A stretch of 62,505 nt of DNA, filler included, from 6 parts of 6 records of this genome joined end to end with filler, not necessarily neighbours in it; one strand, 5' to 3'. Numbered from the whole stretch's first letter, positions 49,216-59,499 are shown. Notes: generated from the sequence alone by a model not told the origin. Made by a program: numbers and translations.

Positions 49216-50900
49216 CAGATGTTTGTGTAATAGGAAGTGGCGCAGGTGCTGGACCCGTGATATACGAATTGTCAAAAGCCGGCTATAAAGTAGTTGTTCT
49301 TGAAAAAGGCCCATGGATTAAAACCGAAGACTTTACAAAGGACGAGCAATTGGTAACAAGACATGACGCCTATGTGCCTACCAATAAAGATGAGCCGCAA
49401 GTTACCGAACGATTAACAAGCAATGGCTATAAAGCAGAATCATCTGCAGATACTGGAAGGAATTTCCAAAACGGAAGTTGTATTGGCGGTTCTTCAAATT
49501 TCATGAGCGCCTATTTTCATAGGCTCAAACCCAAAGACTTTAAATTACTTTCAACTTATGGCCCTGTAAAAGGAGCTAATGTTGTAGACTGGCCCATTTC
49601 TTATGATGAAATGGAACCTTTTTACACTAAAGTTGAATCAGTAGTGGGTGTATCGGGCAAGGTGGTTGAACACAAGCATCATGAGCCACGCTCTACACCA
49701 GATTACCCCTATCCCCCACTCGTTTCAAATGGCATTGCAGAATGGTATGTAAAAGCTGGTGAGGAACTGGGATATAAAATCGTTCCAGCGGCCAGAGGCA
49801 TCATCTCTGAGCCTTCAAACGGAAGAAAGGCCTGTTATCATTCTAATTACTGCGGTAGCTTTGGCTGTTCGTCTGATGGAAAATCTAGCTCAAGGGCAGC
49901 TTTGATTCCGGACGCCGTGGCAACTGGGAATGTAGACATCAGACCCAATTCAAAAGTGTTCAATCTGAAAACAGATGATTCGGGCAAAATAATTGAGGCT
50001 GAATATTACAATGAAACTGGCGTTAAACAAAGCGTTGAAGCCAAGTTATTTGTAGTGGCCTGTCAAGCCATTGAGACCTCTCGATTATTATTAATGAGCA
50101 AGAGCGAGGCTTTTCCTAATGGATTGGCCAATAATTCTGGTCAAGTTGGTAAAAACATGATTTTTGCTGGCGGTGGCGGAGGCTCAGCTTATATCAGATA
50201 CGAAGATTTATCTGCTGAAGATTTAGAAACTGCAAAAGATAAAAACACATTTATCAATCAATGTTTAGTTGATTTTTATGAAATAGATGATCCTGAATTT
50301 GACCTGTGCAAAGAGTCTCCAACAGGAAAAGTAAAGGGAGGAAATATAGATTTCTTGATTGAACATTCTAATCCAATGCCTAAAGCTTATCGCTGTAAAT
50401 ACAGTGGTAGTAGATTGTTATTCGGATCAGAATTAAAAGAGAAAATGAAGGATTACTTCACCCAACAAAAACGAATTCGCTTTGAAGTATTCTGCGATTG
50501 GCATCCGACAGATGATTGCTTCACCGCGCTTTCTGAGGATGTGAAGGACAAATGGGGTGACCCGGTAGCTAAAGTGAGAACCGGGTATCATCAACGAGAT
50601 TTAAAAATCGGGAATTATCTGGCAGATCGCGCCTTAGAAGTAATGGAGAAAGTTGGTGGAATCAAGGCCACAAAATCGGTCACTGGAAATCCACCATCTA
50701 ACTTAATTGCAGGAGGCTGCCGTTTTGGGAATGATCCAAAGACATCCGTATTAGATAAAAACTGTAAAGCACACGAAGTGCCTAATTTGTACGTCACTGA
50801 TGGTTCGTTCATGCCAACCGGAGGTTCTGCACCGCACACCTTCACCATTTACGCCAACTCTTTCAGAGTTGCTGAGAAAATAAAAGAACATCTCGCTTGA
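49212..50900 (+). CDS. GMC family FAD oxidoreductase
   Basis: VIGSGAGAG, WPISYDE, Cys cluster CYHSNYCGSFGC, NLYVTDGS. Confidence 0.9.
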   Translation: MTDVCVIGSGAGAGPVIYELSKAGYKVVVLEKGPWIKTEDFTKDEQLVTRHDAYVPTNKDEPQVTERLTSNGYKAESSADTGRNFQNGSCIGGSSNFMSAYFHRLKPKDFKLLSTYGPVKGANVVDWPISYDEMEPFYTKVESVVGVSGKVVEHKHHEPRSTPDYPYPPLVSNGIAEWYVKAGEELGYKIVPAARGIISEPSNGRKACYHSNYCGSFGCSSDGKSSSRAALIPDAVATGNVDIRPNSKVFNLKTDDSGKIIEAEYYNETGVKQSVEAKLFVVACQAIETSRLLLMSKSEAFPNGLANNSGQVGKNMIFAGGGGGSAYIRYEDLSAEDLETAKDKNTFINQCLVDFYEIDDPEFDLCKESPTGKVKGGNIDFLIEHSNPMPKAYRCKYSGSRLLFGSELKEKMKDYFTQQKRIRFEVFCDWHPTDDCFTALSEDVKDKWGDPVAKVRTGYHQRDLKIGNYLADRALEVMEKVGGIKATKSVTGNPPSNLIAGGCRFGNDPKTSVLDKNCKAHEVPNLYVTDGSFMPTGGSAPHTFTIYANSFRVAEKIKEHLA

Positions 50901-50914
50901 TAAGCCTGAGTATT

Positions 50915-50946
50915 ATACGTATATTTATTTAATAAAATGTACGTAT
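50915..50946. promoter_or_regulatory. Inverted-repeat operator of the TA operon
   Basis: ATACGTA...TACGTAT, overlapping the antitoxin start. Confidence 0.55.
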
Positions 50947-51196
50947 GAATAAAAAACTTACATTGTCTATAGAAGAGTCAGTAATTGAAAAAGCCAAGGC
51001 TTATGCCAAGTCTAAAGGGAGAAGCCTGTCTGATATTATCGAAAATTACCTCAATTTAATTGCTAGCGAAAATTCAAAAAAATCGACAACATATAATGCT
51101 GATGTTACTGCTCTTATAGGCACTCTAAAAGAGCCCAGCATTGAAGATTATAAAGATGACAAAACGCAAAGGTTAATCAAAAAACACCTTAAATGA
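50945..51196 (+). CDS. RHH-type antitoxin (DUF6364-like)
   Basis: KLTLSIEESVIEKAKAYAK...SLSDIIENYL; overlaps the PIN gene. Confidence 0.8.
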   Translation: MNKKLTLSIEESVIEKAKAYAKSKGRSLSDIIENYLNLIASENSKKSTTYNADVTALIGTLKEPSIEDYKDDKTQRLIKKHLK

Positions 51197-51600
51197 GAGC
51201 GGTTCTAATTGATACAGATGTATTTTTGGATGTTCTTTTTGCAAGGGAGCCTTTTTTAAATGACTCAGCAAAAATTTTAGACCTCTGCGCTCAAAAAAAA
51301 CTCAAAGGATACTCTACTGCCGTAATGTTTGCAAACATGTATTACATCTTGCGAAAAGCAAATTCTCATAAAAAGATCTGCGCCAAACTGGAAGTTTTGC
51401 TACAATTCACAGAAATTCTTGAAATCAATAAAGCAGATATTCTCACCAATATACAATCTGGTTTTTTAGATTTTGAAGACGGATTACAATATCAAGCAGC
51501 CTTGAGATCAAAAAAAATTGAGGCCATCATCACCCGAAATGTGAAAGACTTCAAGAACAGTAAAATCTCTGTTTTTAGCCCCACGACATTTCTAACCTGA
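51193..51600 (+). CDS. PIN domain (VapC-like) toxin
   Basis: LIDTDVFLD, DFEDGLQ, ITRNVKDF. Confidence 0.88.
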   Translation: MRAVLIDTDVFLDVLFAREPFLNDSAKILDLCAQKKLKGYSTAVMFANMYYILRKANSHKKICAKLEVLLQFTEILEINKADILTNIQSGFLDFEDGLQYQAALRSKKIEAIITRNVKDFKNSKISVFSPTTFLT

Positions 51601-51726
51601 ATCATTTCCCACTTCAATTTCGCATTTTTCTATCTTGCGAAATATTTTTTTATCTTTTTTTTATCCTCTACAAAACCATTGCATAACAAGAGTTTAAAGC
51701 AATATACCACCCTGAATTAAAAAATT

Positions 51727-51759
51727 AATATAGTACTATGTATTGCATAGTACTATATT
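51727..51759. promoter_or_regulatory. Perfect 14-bp inverted repeat, probable PadR operator
   Basis: AATATAGTACTATG-TATTG-CATAGTACTATATT just upstream of the -7 element TACCTTTG. Confidence 0.7.
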
Positions 51760-51843
51760 TTTTATATACCTTTGTCTCAACATTGACAAAAATGAATTGT
51801 CAGGTGGTGACCGCGCAATTTTCACCTGACCAAAAAAGAATAA

Positions 51844-52167
51844 ATGAAAGTAGAAAACACCAAAGCACAAATGCGAAAAGGTATTCTCGAATACTGCATT
51901 CTCACTGTGCTCTCAAAAAGAGAGGCCTATCCTTCTGATATCATTCAGGAGTTGAAAGAAGCCAAACTCATTGTGGTGGAAGGAACTTTATACCCTTTGT
52001 TGACAAGGCTTAAAAACGCCGATCTCTTACAATACAATTGGGTTGAATCATCCTCAGGACCACCTAGAAAATATTATGCCCTCACCAAAGAAGGTGAACA
52101 ATTTTTAAATGAATTAAAAACAACCTGGACTGAGCTATACGAAGCCGTTCAGTTGATTTCTAAATAA
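51844..52167 (+). CDS. PadR family transcriptional regulator
   Basis: EGTLYPLLTRL, GPPRKYY. Confidence 0.92.
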   Translation: MKVENTKAQMRKGILEYCILTVLSKREAYPSDIIQELKEAKLIVVEGTLYPLLTRLKNADLLQYNWVESSSGPPRKYYALTKEGEQFLNELKTTWTELYEAVQLISK

Positions 52168-52173
52168 GAAATT

Positions 52174-53784
52174 ATGAATAAGACAATATCAATAAATATC
52201 GCAGGATTCGTCTTCAACATAGAAGAAAAGGCTTACGAAAAACTGAATCAGTACCTTGCTTTGATCAAGAAAAACTTTCAGCACGAAGAAGATTGTGATG
52301 AAATCATGGATGACATTGAAGCACGAATTGCCGAGTTATTGCACGAAAAAATCACAGATCGTAAAGAGGCCATTTTAGAAAATGACGTTGAAGCTGTTAT
52401 TGAAGTTATGGGCAAGCCTGAAGATTATGTATCTGACGAACCTAACCCGAATTATTCGAGTAATGATAAGGCAGAATACGTTGAAGCAGAGGAGGTAAAA
52501 AGTGGTTCGCGCCCTGCATCAGGACGAAGAAGATTATACCGTGACGAACAAAACGGATCTGTTGGTGGCGTATGTTCAGGTTTAGGTTGGTTTTTCGGAA
52601 TCGATCCGGTTTTGGTGAGAATTGCCTTTGTGTTGCTTGTCATTTTGGGAGGGTCAGGAATTCTGTTATACATCATTTTATGGATTGTAATTCCAGAAGC
52701 GAAAACCACAGCTGAAATTTTAGAAATGCAAGGTGACCCCGTTACGGTCGACTCTATCAAGGACCATGTAAAGGGCATGAAAAGCTCGGTTAAAGACGGA
52801 TCAAAAACGACTAAAGAGAATTTCAAAAAAGCCGTCAATCAAAGCGTAAGAGCCGGATCTCATTTGGCAGCTTCATTAGCAAAAGTATTCGGAATTCTCT
52901 TTACACTTGGAGGTGTTTTTGCACTCTTAGTGTTATTCATCATCTTGTTTGGAGATACCGGTTTATTACCTTTAGTCGGCTCTGAGCAAGTAGAAGACTT
53001 CCCTACGCTTTTAGGTATTCTTTACCCAGATAATAGATCCACAATGGTATTTATTTCCATCATCATTGTCACCATCATTCCTATCATTTCGCTCATCCTT
53101 ACCGGAGTAAAAATGCTATTTGGCATCCGCCAGAAATACAAAACCATGGCAATTGTAGCAGTTTCAATTTGGTTTTTAGCTGCCAGCACCCTTGCTTTAA
53201 CAGGCATAGAATTAGGCATGAATTTCAGAAACGAAGTGGACATTGATTACGAAGTGCCCGTTCAAGTTGACTCTACCAACACCCTATTTGTTGATGTAGC
53301 CGAAGACGACATCTTCTCTAATCTGATAGATTACGATCATGTTTGGAACTATTCTGAACTGCTGAAAGTTCAAGATGATCAGGTCTTTTTAGGATATCCT
53401 GAATTGAGAATTATTGACAAAGCCGATAGCTCAGATTTTGAAGTGGTATTGTACAAATCAAGCCACGGTCTTCATCACAAAGAGGCCATTGCAAAAGCAG
53501 AAAGTATTGAATATGAAATTAACACTTCAAACAATACTATTGAGTTGGCGCCGTATTACACCATTAAAACTGAAGAACGATTAAGAAATCAGAGGATCAT
53601 TATCGAGATTCAAGTACCAACAGGTAAAAAGGTTAAATTTGGTAAAAACATTGACCGCATTTTTGTAGAAGTTGAAGACGACTACTACAGGTACAATGAA
53701 ACCTTTGCCAACACTACCTGGTCAGTTGAATCAGACGGATTCAGATGTGTAGAATGCAAAGAACAACGCAGAAAGTACGAATAG
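52174..53784 (+). CDS. PspC domain-containing membrane protein
   Basis: MNKTISINI, DIEARIAE, RRLYRD...GGVCSGL. Confidence 0.9.
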   Translation: MNKTISINIAGFVFNIEEKAYEKLNQYLALIKKNFQHEEDCDEIMDDIEARIAELLHEKITDRKEAILENDVEAVIEVMGKPEDYVSDEPNPNYSSNDKAEYVEAEEVKSGSRPASGRRRLYRDEQNGSVGGVCSGLGWFFGIDPVLVRIAFVLLVILGGSGILLYIILWIVIPEAKTTAEILEMQGDPVTVDSIKDHVKGMKSSVKDGSKTTKENFKKAVNQSVRAGSHLAASLAKVFGILFTLGGVFALLVLFIILFGDTGLLPLVGSEQVEDFPTLLGILYPDNRSTMVFISIIIVTIIPIISLILTGVKMLFGIRQKYKTMAIVAVSIWFLAASTLALTGIELGMNFRNEVDIDYEVPVQVDSTNTLFVDVAEDDIFSNLIDYDHVWNYSELLKVQDDQVFLGYPELRIIDKADSSDFEVVLYKSSHGLHHKEAIAKAESIEYEINTSNNTIELAPYYTIKTEERLRNQRIIIEIQVPTGKKVKFGKNIDRIFVEVEDDYYRYNETFANTTWSVESDGFRCVECKEQRRKYE

Positions 53785-53785
53785 T

Positions 53786-54928
53786 TTGAGTGAGAAAAAG
53801 AACATTTTAATTCTTCCGAGATGGTATCCCAATAAAGCGGATATCCAACTCGGTACCTTTATCCAAAAGCAAGCCATTTTGATGAAGGATGATTTCAATG
53901 TTTTTTTGATTTACGTACAGGGCGATCCCAACTTGCAAACCAAGCAAGAGTTTATCGAACAAACCGAAAAAGGCATACACGAACGTATAGTCTACTTCAA
54001 ACAAGCAACTGGACCGTTCAGAAAAGTGATCAATGCCAGAAGATATAAAATGTCCCAACTTGCGGCCTTTCGCAATTGGGACATTGCTATTGATTGCTGT
54101 CATGTACATGTACCCTACCGTTCTGCTTTTTTAGCCTTAGAATTGAAACGCAAAGGAATTCCTTTTGTGATTACAGAACATTGGTCAGGGCATTTAAATG
54201 GCGAGTATCAACAAAAAAATCCGGCAGATAAAAGCATCTACAAGCAAGTGCTTTCCAAAGCCAGCCGGTTGGCCACAGTCAGTGAATTGCTCCGTAAAAA
54301 ATTCAAAGAAAATACGGGTTTTGATTCAGTCGTTATTCCCAATTTGATTGAGTTGCATGAGGCACCTGCTGTAAAGGCAAGCTCTCAAAACATTGAAGTG
54401 TTAAGTGTATCTGACTTGGTAGATGATGTTAAGAATGTGACTGGTTTATTGATGGCTTTTAAAGAGGCTCAACATAATAATCCGCTATTAAAATTAACCA
54501 TTATAGGTGGCGGACCAGATGAACAACTCGTGCAAGAACTCATCACCGAATTCAACATGCAAGATTTCGTAACATTAAAAGGGAGACTCCCGCACAATGA
54601 GGTGCTAGAGGCTTATCACCATTGTGATTTTTACATCTGCAATTCTAATTTTGAAACTTTTGGAATGACGGTGGCAGAAGCACTTCTGGCCGGCAAACCC
54701 GTTATCTCAACCAAATGCGGCGGACCTGAAGAGTTTATTCACGCATCAAACGGGCGCTTGGTTAATACGCAGTCCGTATCCGAATTATGCTCAGCCATTT
54801 CTAACATGGCTGCTGAATACAAAAACTACAATGCCGCTGAAATAAAATCTGAAATAAGCGCTAAATTTGGAGCAGCCACAATTCGCAAACAAATTGCCGA
54901 ATTTTACAACACTGCAATGAATGGTTAG
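53786..54928 (+). CDS. Glycosyltransferase family 4
   Basis: ITEH, ETFGMTVAEAL, KPVIST. Confidence 0.88.
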   Translation: MSEKKNILILPRWYPNKADIQLGTFIQKQAILMKDDFNVFLIYVQGDPNLQTKQEFIEQTEKGIHERIVYFKQATGPFRKVINARRYKMSQLAAFRNWDIAIDCCHVHVPYRSAFLALELKRKGIPFVITEHWSGHLNGEYQQKNPADKSIYKQVLSKASRLATVSELLRKKFKENTGFDSVVIPNLIELHEAPAVKASSQNIEVLSVSDLVDDVKNVTGLLMAFKEAQHNNPLLKLTIIGGGPDEQLVQELITEFNMQDFVTLKGRLPHNEVLEAYHHCDFYICNSNFETFGMTVAEALLAGKPVISTKCGGPEEFIHASNGRLVNTQSVSELCSAISNMAAEYKNYNAAEIKSEISAKFGAATIRKQIAEFYNTAMNG

Positions 54929-55403
54929 ATCAGTTACCCTTAATGACGCCCAGCAAATTCTTGACATCTACAATCACTACGTAGCCACCAGTACGGTAAC
55001 GTTTGAAGAAGAGTTAGTCAGTCTGCAAGACTTCACACAACGCATTACTGATATTATCGCTAAATACCCGTATTTGGTGTATGAAGAACAAGGCCATATC
55101 ATTGGCTATGCCTATGCCGGCGTTTTTAGAACCAGAGTGGCTTATCGCTTTTCGGCAGAGTCAAGCGTCTATGTGCATAAAGACCATTTCAAAAAAGGAA
55201 TCGGCTCAAAACTCTATGCGGCTTTGCTGCCATTAATGAAAGCGCAAGGCATCAAATCTGCCATTGGCGGAGTCACCTTACCCAATGAAGGTTCGGTTAA
55301 ATTACACGAGCAATTTGGCTTTGAAAAAGTGGCTCATTTTAAAGCAGTTGGTTATAAGTTTGATCAATGGCTTGATGTCGGATTCTGGCAGATAGAACTC
55401 TAA
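54921..55403 (+). CDS. GNAT N-acetyltransferase (YncA/Pat-like)
   Basis: IYNHYV, TFEE, KGIGSKL, GYKFDQWLD. Confidence 0.9.
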   Translation: MVRSVTLNDAQQILDIYNHYVATSTVTFEEELVSLQDFTQRITDIIAKYPYLVYEEQGHIIGYAYAGVFRTRVAYRFSAESSVYVHKDHFKKGIGSKLYAALLPLMKAQGIKSAIGGVTLPNEGSVKLHEQFGFEKVAHFKAVGYKFDQWLDVGFWQIEL

Positions 55404-55434
55404 TTTTTTAGGTATTGTTTTTTGGCCAAACGTT

Positions 55435-56013
55435 ATGAACTATTGCAGTATGACTCACCCAATGCGTATTCGAGCTCTAAATACCATCCTACTTATTTTA
55501 ACGCTTTTACTTTTTGTAATTACATCTTGTTCAAACTCAGAAAAGGAGCACACAGAAAACAAAAGTGTAGAAAATGATTCTTTGGAATCCGGACTTCTGG
55601 AGACATGTCAAAACCCACTTGAACCCTTGAAACCTTCTGAAAACTCAAATATAAACCCTTCGGAAATCGATCAGAATTATCTTGATTCAACTAAATCAGC
55701 ATACCAAGCGAAACTAGATTCTGGAACAGATATGCTTGGCACCTCATGTGAAGAATACTTATTTCTTGTTGAACTTAAGGACGCCTACAAATCTTGGCTA
55801 TCTGAACATTGTACGACAGGCTTCAAGAATTACGAAACCCAAATTGACAATTGGGAAGCTAGTGTAGAATCTCAAATGAACATGGAGGAGAAAAAATACA
55901 ATGAAGAAGAAATGGGAGATGATATGTATATGATAGTTTATGGTGCCGGTTCTCAGCAAATGTATCTCTACATTGAAGATTTAATTGCTAAAAGTCATGA
56001 CTGGTGTAATTAA
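55435..56013 (+). CDS. Hypothetical lipoprotein (start uncertain)
   Basis: Hydrophobic stretch and ITSC lipobox. Confidence 0.7.
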   Translation: MNYCSMTHPMRIRALNTILLILTLLLFVITSCSNSEKEHTENKSVENDSLESGLLETCQNPLEPLKPSENSNINPSEIDQNYLDSTKSAYQAKLDSGTDMLGTSCEEYLFLVELKDAYKSWLSEHCTTGFKNYETQIDNWEASVESQMNMEEKKYNEEEMGDDMYMIVYGAGSQQMYLYIEDLIAKSHDWCN

Positions 56014-56152
56014 AAACTGTTTATATAGTTGGTAAATTTTGCGTCCACCCTTTTCCAACACAAAAGGTTCCCACTGACTTATTAAATCTCCTGGGGTGCC
56101 ATCATCAACTACGCAGAAGCTTTGTTGATTAATAACGGGCGGATTGACTTGT

Positions 56153-56174
56153 ACCTGACTGCCGACAGGCAGGT
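56153..56174. repeat. Short Bacteroidota palindromic element-like hairpin near the contig end
   Basis: ACCTGACTG-CCGA-CAGGCAGGT; GC-rich in an AT-rich context. Confidence 0.5.
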
Positions 56175-56203
56175 CCGGGGCTTGGCCAACGCACTCGCGG
56201 CGG

Positions 56204-56303
56204 NNNNNNNNNNNNNNNNNNNNNNNNNNNNNNNNNNNNNNNNNNNNTTAATTAATTAANNNNNNNNNNNNNNNNNNNNNNNNNNNNNNNNNNNNNNNNN
56301 NNN
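56204..56303. other. Artificial contig spacer
   Basis: N44-TTAATTAATTAA-N44. Confidence 0.99.
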
Positions 56304-56330
56304 TATGCTCTACCCCTGAGCTACGCCCGC
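56304..56330 (-). tRNA. 5' end of a tRNA, probably tRNA-Gly (partial)
   Basis: Minus strand GCGGGCGTAGCTCAGGGGTAGAGCATA (acceptor 5' strand and D-arm); anticodon not visible. Confidence 0.75.
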
Positions 56331-56389
56331 TCTGTGAGGGCGGTGTTTAGGCCGACAGGGGCAGGGCTGCAAGAGGAAAATCGCGCGCC

Positions 56390-57121
56390 TCACGCATTTT
56401 CCGCCAGCCGTTTGCGCCGCGCCGCGCGCCACAGGTTCAGCATCTCCACGGCCCCGGCAAAAACCATCGCGGCATAGATGAAACCGCGTTCAACGTGGAA
56501 GTGGAACCCGTCCGCAACCAGGGCCATGCCGACCATGACCAGGAAGGCGAGCGCCAGCATCTTGGTCGACGGGTGGTCCTCCACGAATTTTGCAATCGGG
56601 GCGGCGGCGATCATCATGACGATGATGGCCACCACGACGGCGGCGATCATCACCTCGATATGATCGGCGATGCCCACGGCGGTGATGACGGAATCGAGCG
56701 AGAAGACAAGATCCAGCACCATGATCTGGAAGATGACCGAGGTGAAGGCAGCCTTCACCACTGTTTCCCCGGTCGTGTGGATGCCGCCTTCGACCTCATC
56801 GAAGATTTCTGTCGAGGCCTTGTAGATCAGGAACAATCCGCCTGCGATCAGGATGATGTCACGCCAACTGATGGCGAGGCCGAATATCGTGGCAATGGGT
56901 TCGGACAGGCCGATGATCCAGGCGATGGACAGCAACAACAGGATACGCAACACCAGCGCGCCGGTCAGCCCAATGACGCGGGCACGGCGGCGTTGTTCCT
57001 TGGGCAGCCGGGCGGCAGCGATGGAAATGAAGATGACGTTATCGACGCCGAGCACGATCTCCAACACGGTCAGGGTCAGGAAAGAGGCCCACACGGCGGG
57101 GTCGGAAAACAGCTCGATCAT
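56390..57121 (-). CDS. TerC family membrane protein
   Basis: LEIVLGVDN, DLVFSLDSVITAVG. Confidence 0.92.
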   Translation of the reverse strand: MIELFSDPAVWASFLTLTVLEIVLGVDNVIFISIAAARLPKEQRRRARVIGLTGALVLRILLLLSIAWIIGLSEPIATIFGLAISWRDIILIAGGLFLIYKASTEIFDEVEGGIHTTGETVVKAAFTSVIFQIMVLDLVFSLDSVITAVGIADHIEVMIAAVVVAIIVMMIAAAPIAKFVEDHPSTKMLALAFLVMVGMALVADGFHFHVERGFIYAAMVFAGAVEMLNLWRAARRKRLAENA

Positions 57122-57181
57122 CTGGCATCTCCTCGGATCGGATCGCAGTCAGATAGGGTGTAGCAGCCCCGGCACAAGCGG

Positions 57182-58132
57182 TCAGGGGGCGGCCTGTGAA
57201 ATAATCCACAGCAAGATGGAAATTGTCACGAACGACGCCGCTGTCGTGATCATCAGCGCGGTCGAGGCCAGCATCTCGCGCCCATAGGCCATCGCGATCA
57301 GCGGGAAGATCGACAGCATCGGACAGGCCGCATTGATCAGCCCGGCATGGCGTATCTCGGCAGGCAGGGACGGCACCAGCATGGCGGCGGCAAGGAAGAC
57401 CAGCGGATGCAGCACAAGCTTGCCGATCAGGATCGCGGCCATGGGTGCGGCCATGTCGCGGGCGCTGGCCAGCGTGGCCGCGGCGACGGTGCCGCCCACG
57501 GCAAACAGTGCAATGGGCGATGCGATCGGGCGCAACATCTCGATCGGGCGCAGGATCGGGTCGGGCAGGGTCAGGCCCGACAGGGAATAGGCCAGCGCGA
57601 CGATGATCGACAAAACCAGCGGGTTGCGGATCAGCCCTTTCAGGCCCTTTAGAAAGCCCTGCAACGGCGTGCTGTCGGTACTTTCTCCCGCATCCGCCAC
57701 GGCCAGCGCCAGAGGAATGAGGATCACGTTTTCCAGAAGCATCACTGTGGCAAAGACCGTCACGGCAAGATCGGGGTAGAGGATCGACAGCAGCGGAAAC
57801 CCCACGAAGGCAGAGTTCGACCCGACCATGCCAAGCCCCACAACCCCCAGCATCGACCAGCGCGCCCTGAATACCAGCCGGCCCACAAGGATGCAGGCCA
57901 TGAACAGCGCTAGAGAGGCTGACAGATAGGCGGTGAAAAGCCCCCAGTGCAGGGTCTCGGACGGGGCGGCGGTGCCGACGGCCAGAAAGATCAGGGCAGG
58001 CAGGGCAAATCGCACCACGAACGTGCCGATGGCCCGCACGTCGGACCCTGCGAAATAGCCGGTCCGCACGGACAGAAAGCCAAGTCCGATCAACAGGTAG
58101 ATCGGCGAGGTGATGGTCAGGATCGTTGCCAC
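57182..58132 (-). CDS. AEC family transporter
   Basis: FALPALIF, NSAFVGFP, RNPLV, KLVLHP. Confidence 0.88.
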   Translation of the reverse strand: MATILTITSPIYLLIGLGFLSVRTGYFAGSDVRAIGTFVVRFALPALIFLAVGTAAPSETLHWGLFTAYLSASLALFMACILVGRLVFRARWSMLGVVGLGMVGSNSAFVGFPLLSILYPDLAVTVFATVMLLENVILIPLALAVADAGESTDSTPLQGFLKGLKGLIRNPLVLSIIVALAYSLSGLTLPDPILRPIEMLRPIASPIALFAVGGTVAAATLASARDMAAPMAAILIGKLVLHPLVFLAAAMLVPSLPAEIRHAGLINAACPMLSIFPLIAMAYGREMLASTALMITTAASFVTISILLWIISQAAP

Positions 58133-58211
58133 GGGGTTGCTCTCTGCGGATAGTTGCCTTGTGCAGCATCGCAGATAGCTACCGGGCCTGCCAGTGCGCT
58201 TTCGCGCGTGG

Positions 58212-58598
58212 TTAGACGATGGCGCGGATGATGTTGGACAGGGCAGCGATCAGGATCATGCCAAGCGTCAGCGCCATGCCCCAGATCCGGGCCGGAACGA
58301 TCTGCGGGGTGGAGCCAAAGCCGAACGCATGCAGCACCCGGCCAACAAGCAACGTCATCCCAAGGCCGTGAATGGCCCATGTGGGCGCGCCCTGAAGCTC
58401 TGACGCGATCAGAAGGATCAGGCCGATCGAGCTGTATTCCACGCAATTTGCCTGTGCCCTGATTGCCTTGGCCAGCAACTTTTCCCCGCCATCCCCGACG
58501 GACACTTTGTGGTGCTTGCGAAAGCTGATCACTCGAAAACTGAGAAACAGAAACAAGAGGGCCAACAACCCTGCATAAAGTGGCGCGATCAGGTTCAT
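58212..58598 (-). CDS. MAPEG family protein
   Basis: IRAQANCVEY, GRVLHA. Confidence 0.88.
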   Translation of the reverse strand: MNLIAPLYAGLLALLFLFLSFRVISFRKHHKVSVGDGGEKLLAKAIRAQANCVEYSSIGLILLIASELQGAPTWAIHGLGMTLLVGRVLHAFGFGSTPQIVPARIWGMALTLGMILIAALSNIIRAIV

Positions 58599-58613
58599 AT
58601 CCTGTCCCTTCCG

Positions 58614-59411
58614 TCAGTAGTGCTCCACGTCCTGCATGGGCAGGGTGAAGTCTTCGAAATGCACCACCACGCTGTCCCCTTGCGTCAGGATGATGCCATA
58701 GGCCCCGGGTTCGTCCACCGAGTGGCCGCTGCCTTCTTCGCCCAGGATCATGGGCATTTGATGGCAGGGGCTTTTGAAAACGGTGATGGGCAGGCCGCCG
58801 ATGCTGGCGGTGATCGTGCGGTGGATGTGCCCGGCAAACACATGCGCCACCTGCGAATGCCGGGTCAGCACACGGCTCAGGTCGGCGGCATTGGTCAGGC
58901 CGATCCGGTCCATGCCGGTAAAGCCGGTGTCAAAGGGCGGGTGGTGCAGACAGACGAGGCACGGTTTTTCGGAGCTGCTCAACGTCTCTTCAAGCCACGC
59001 CAGACGGGCGGGGCACAGGTGCCCTGAATGCTCGATCTGCGGGTCGGTTTCGTGTGTGTCGAGGCAGATCAGCCGGATATCGCCCAGGTCAACGGCGCTT
59101 TGCACAAAGCCGTTCGGATCGGTCGCGACCTCTGGGAAGGCTGCAAGACACCCCGCGCGGGTGTCGTGGTTGCCGATCATCAAAGTGACCGGCCAGGGCA
59201 GGTCGGCCAGCAGCGATTTCAGCCGCGCATATTCCTCGGCCGTGCCGTGATGGGTCAGGTCGCCCATCAACACCAGCCGGTCGGCATCGGGGTGAGCCTC
59301 GGTGGCATGAACCAGCCCCGCAAGCAGCCGCGCGCCCGGATCCAGACCGATGATGGTCTGCCCCTCTCGCGTTACATGAAGGTCCGTCATGATAAGGATC
59401 TTGGCCATCAA
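58614..59411 (-). CDS. Calcineurin-like metallophosphoesterase (CpdA/GpdQ-like)
   Basis: TDLH, GDL, GNHD, HHPP, GHIH. Confidence 0.9.
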   Translation of the reverse strand: MMAKILIMTDLHVTREGQTIIGLDPGARLLAGLVHATEAHPDADRLVLMGDLTHHGTAEEYARLKSLLADLPWPVTLMIGNHDTRAGCLAAFPEVATDPNGFVQSAVDLGDIRLICLDTHETDPQIEHSGHLCPARLAWLEETLSSSEKPCLVCLHHPPFDTGFTGMDRIGLTNAADLSRVLTRHSQVAHVFAGHIHRTITASIGGLPITVFKSPCHQMPMILGEEGSGHSVDEPGAYGIILTQGDSVVVHFEDFTLPMQDVEHY

Positions 59412-59499
59412 GGCCTCGCTCTGCTGCGGAATTGCGACCTAGTCTAGCTGCATGGGTGGAGCCGGCCAGAGGAAATCGGGGCTCATGCGCAGGGGACGT

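Noticed and set aside
48135-50900. GMC oxidoreductase pair as the maturation enzymes of the Cys-repeat peptide
   Set aside because: A strong terminator and a separate -7 promoter element lie between them, and this enzyme family acts on sugars; adjacency alone is insufficient.
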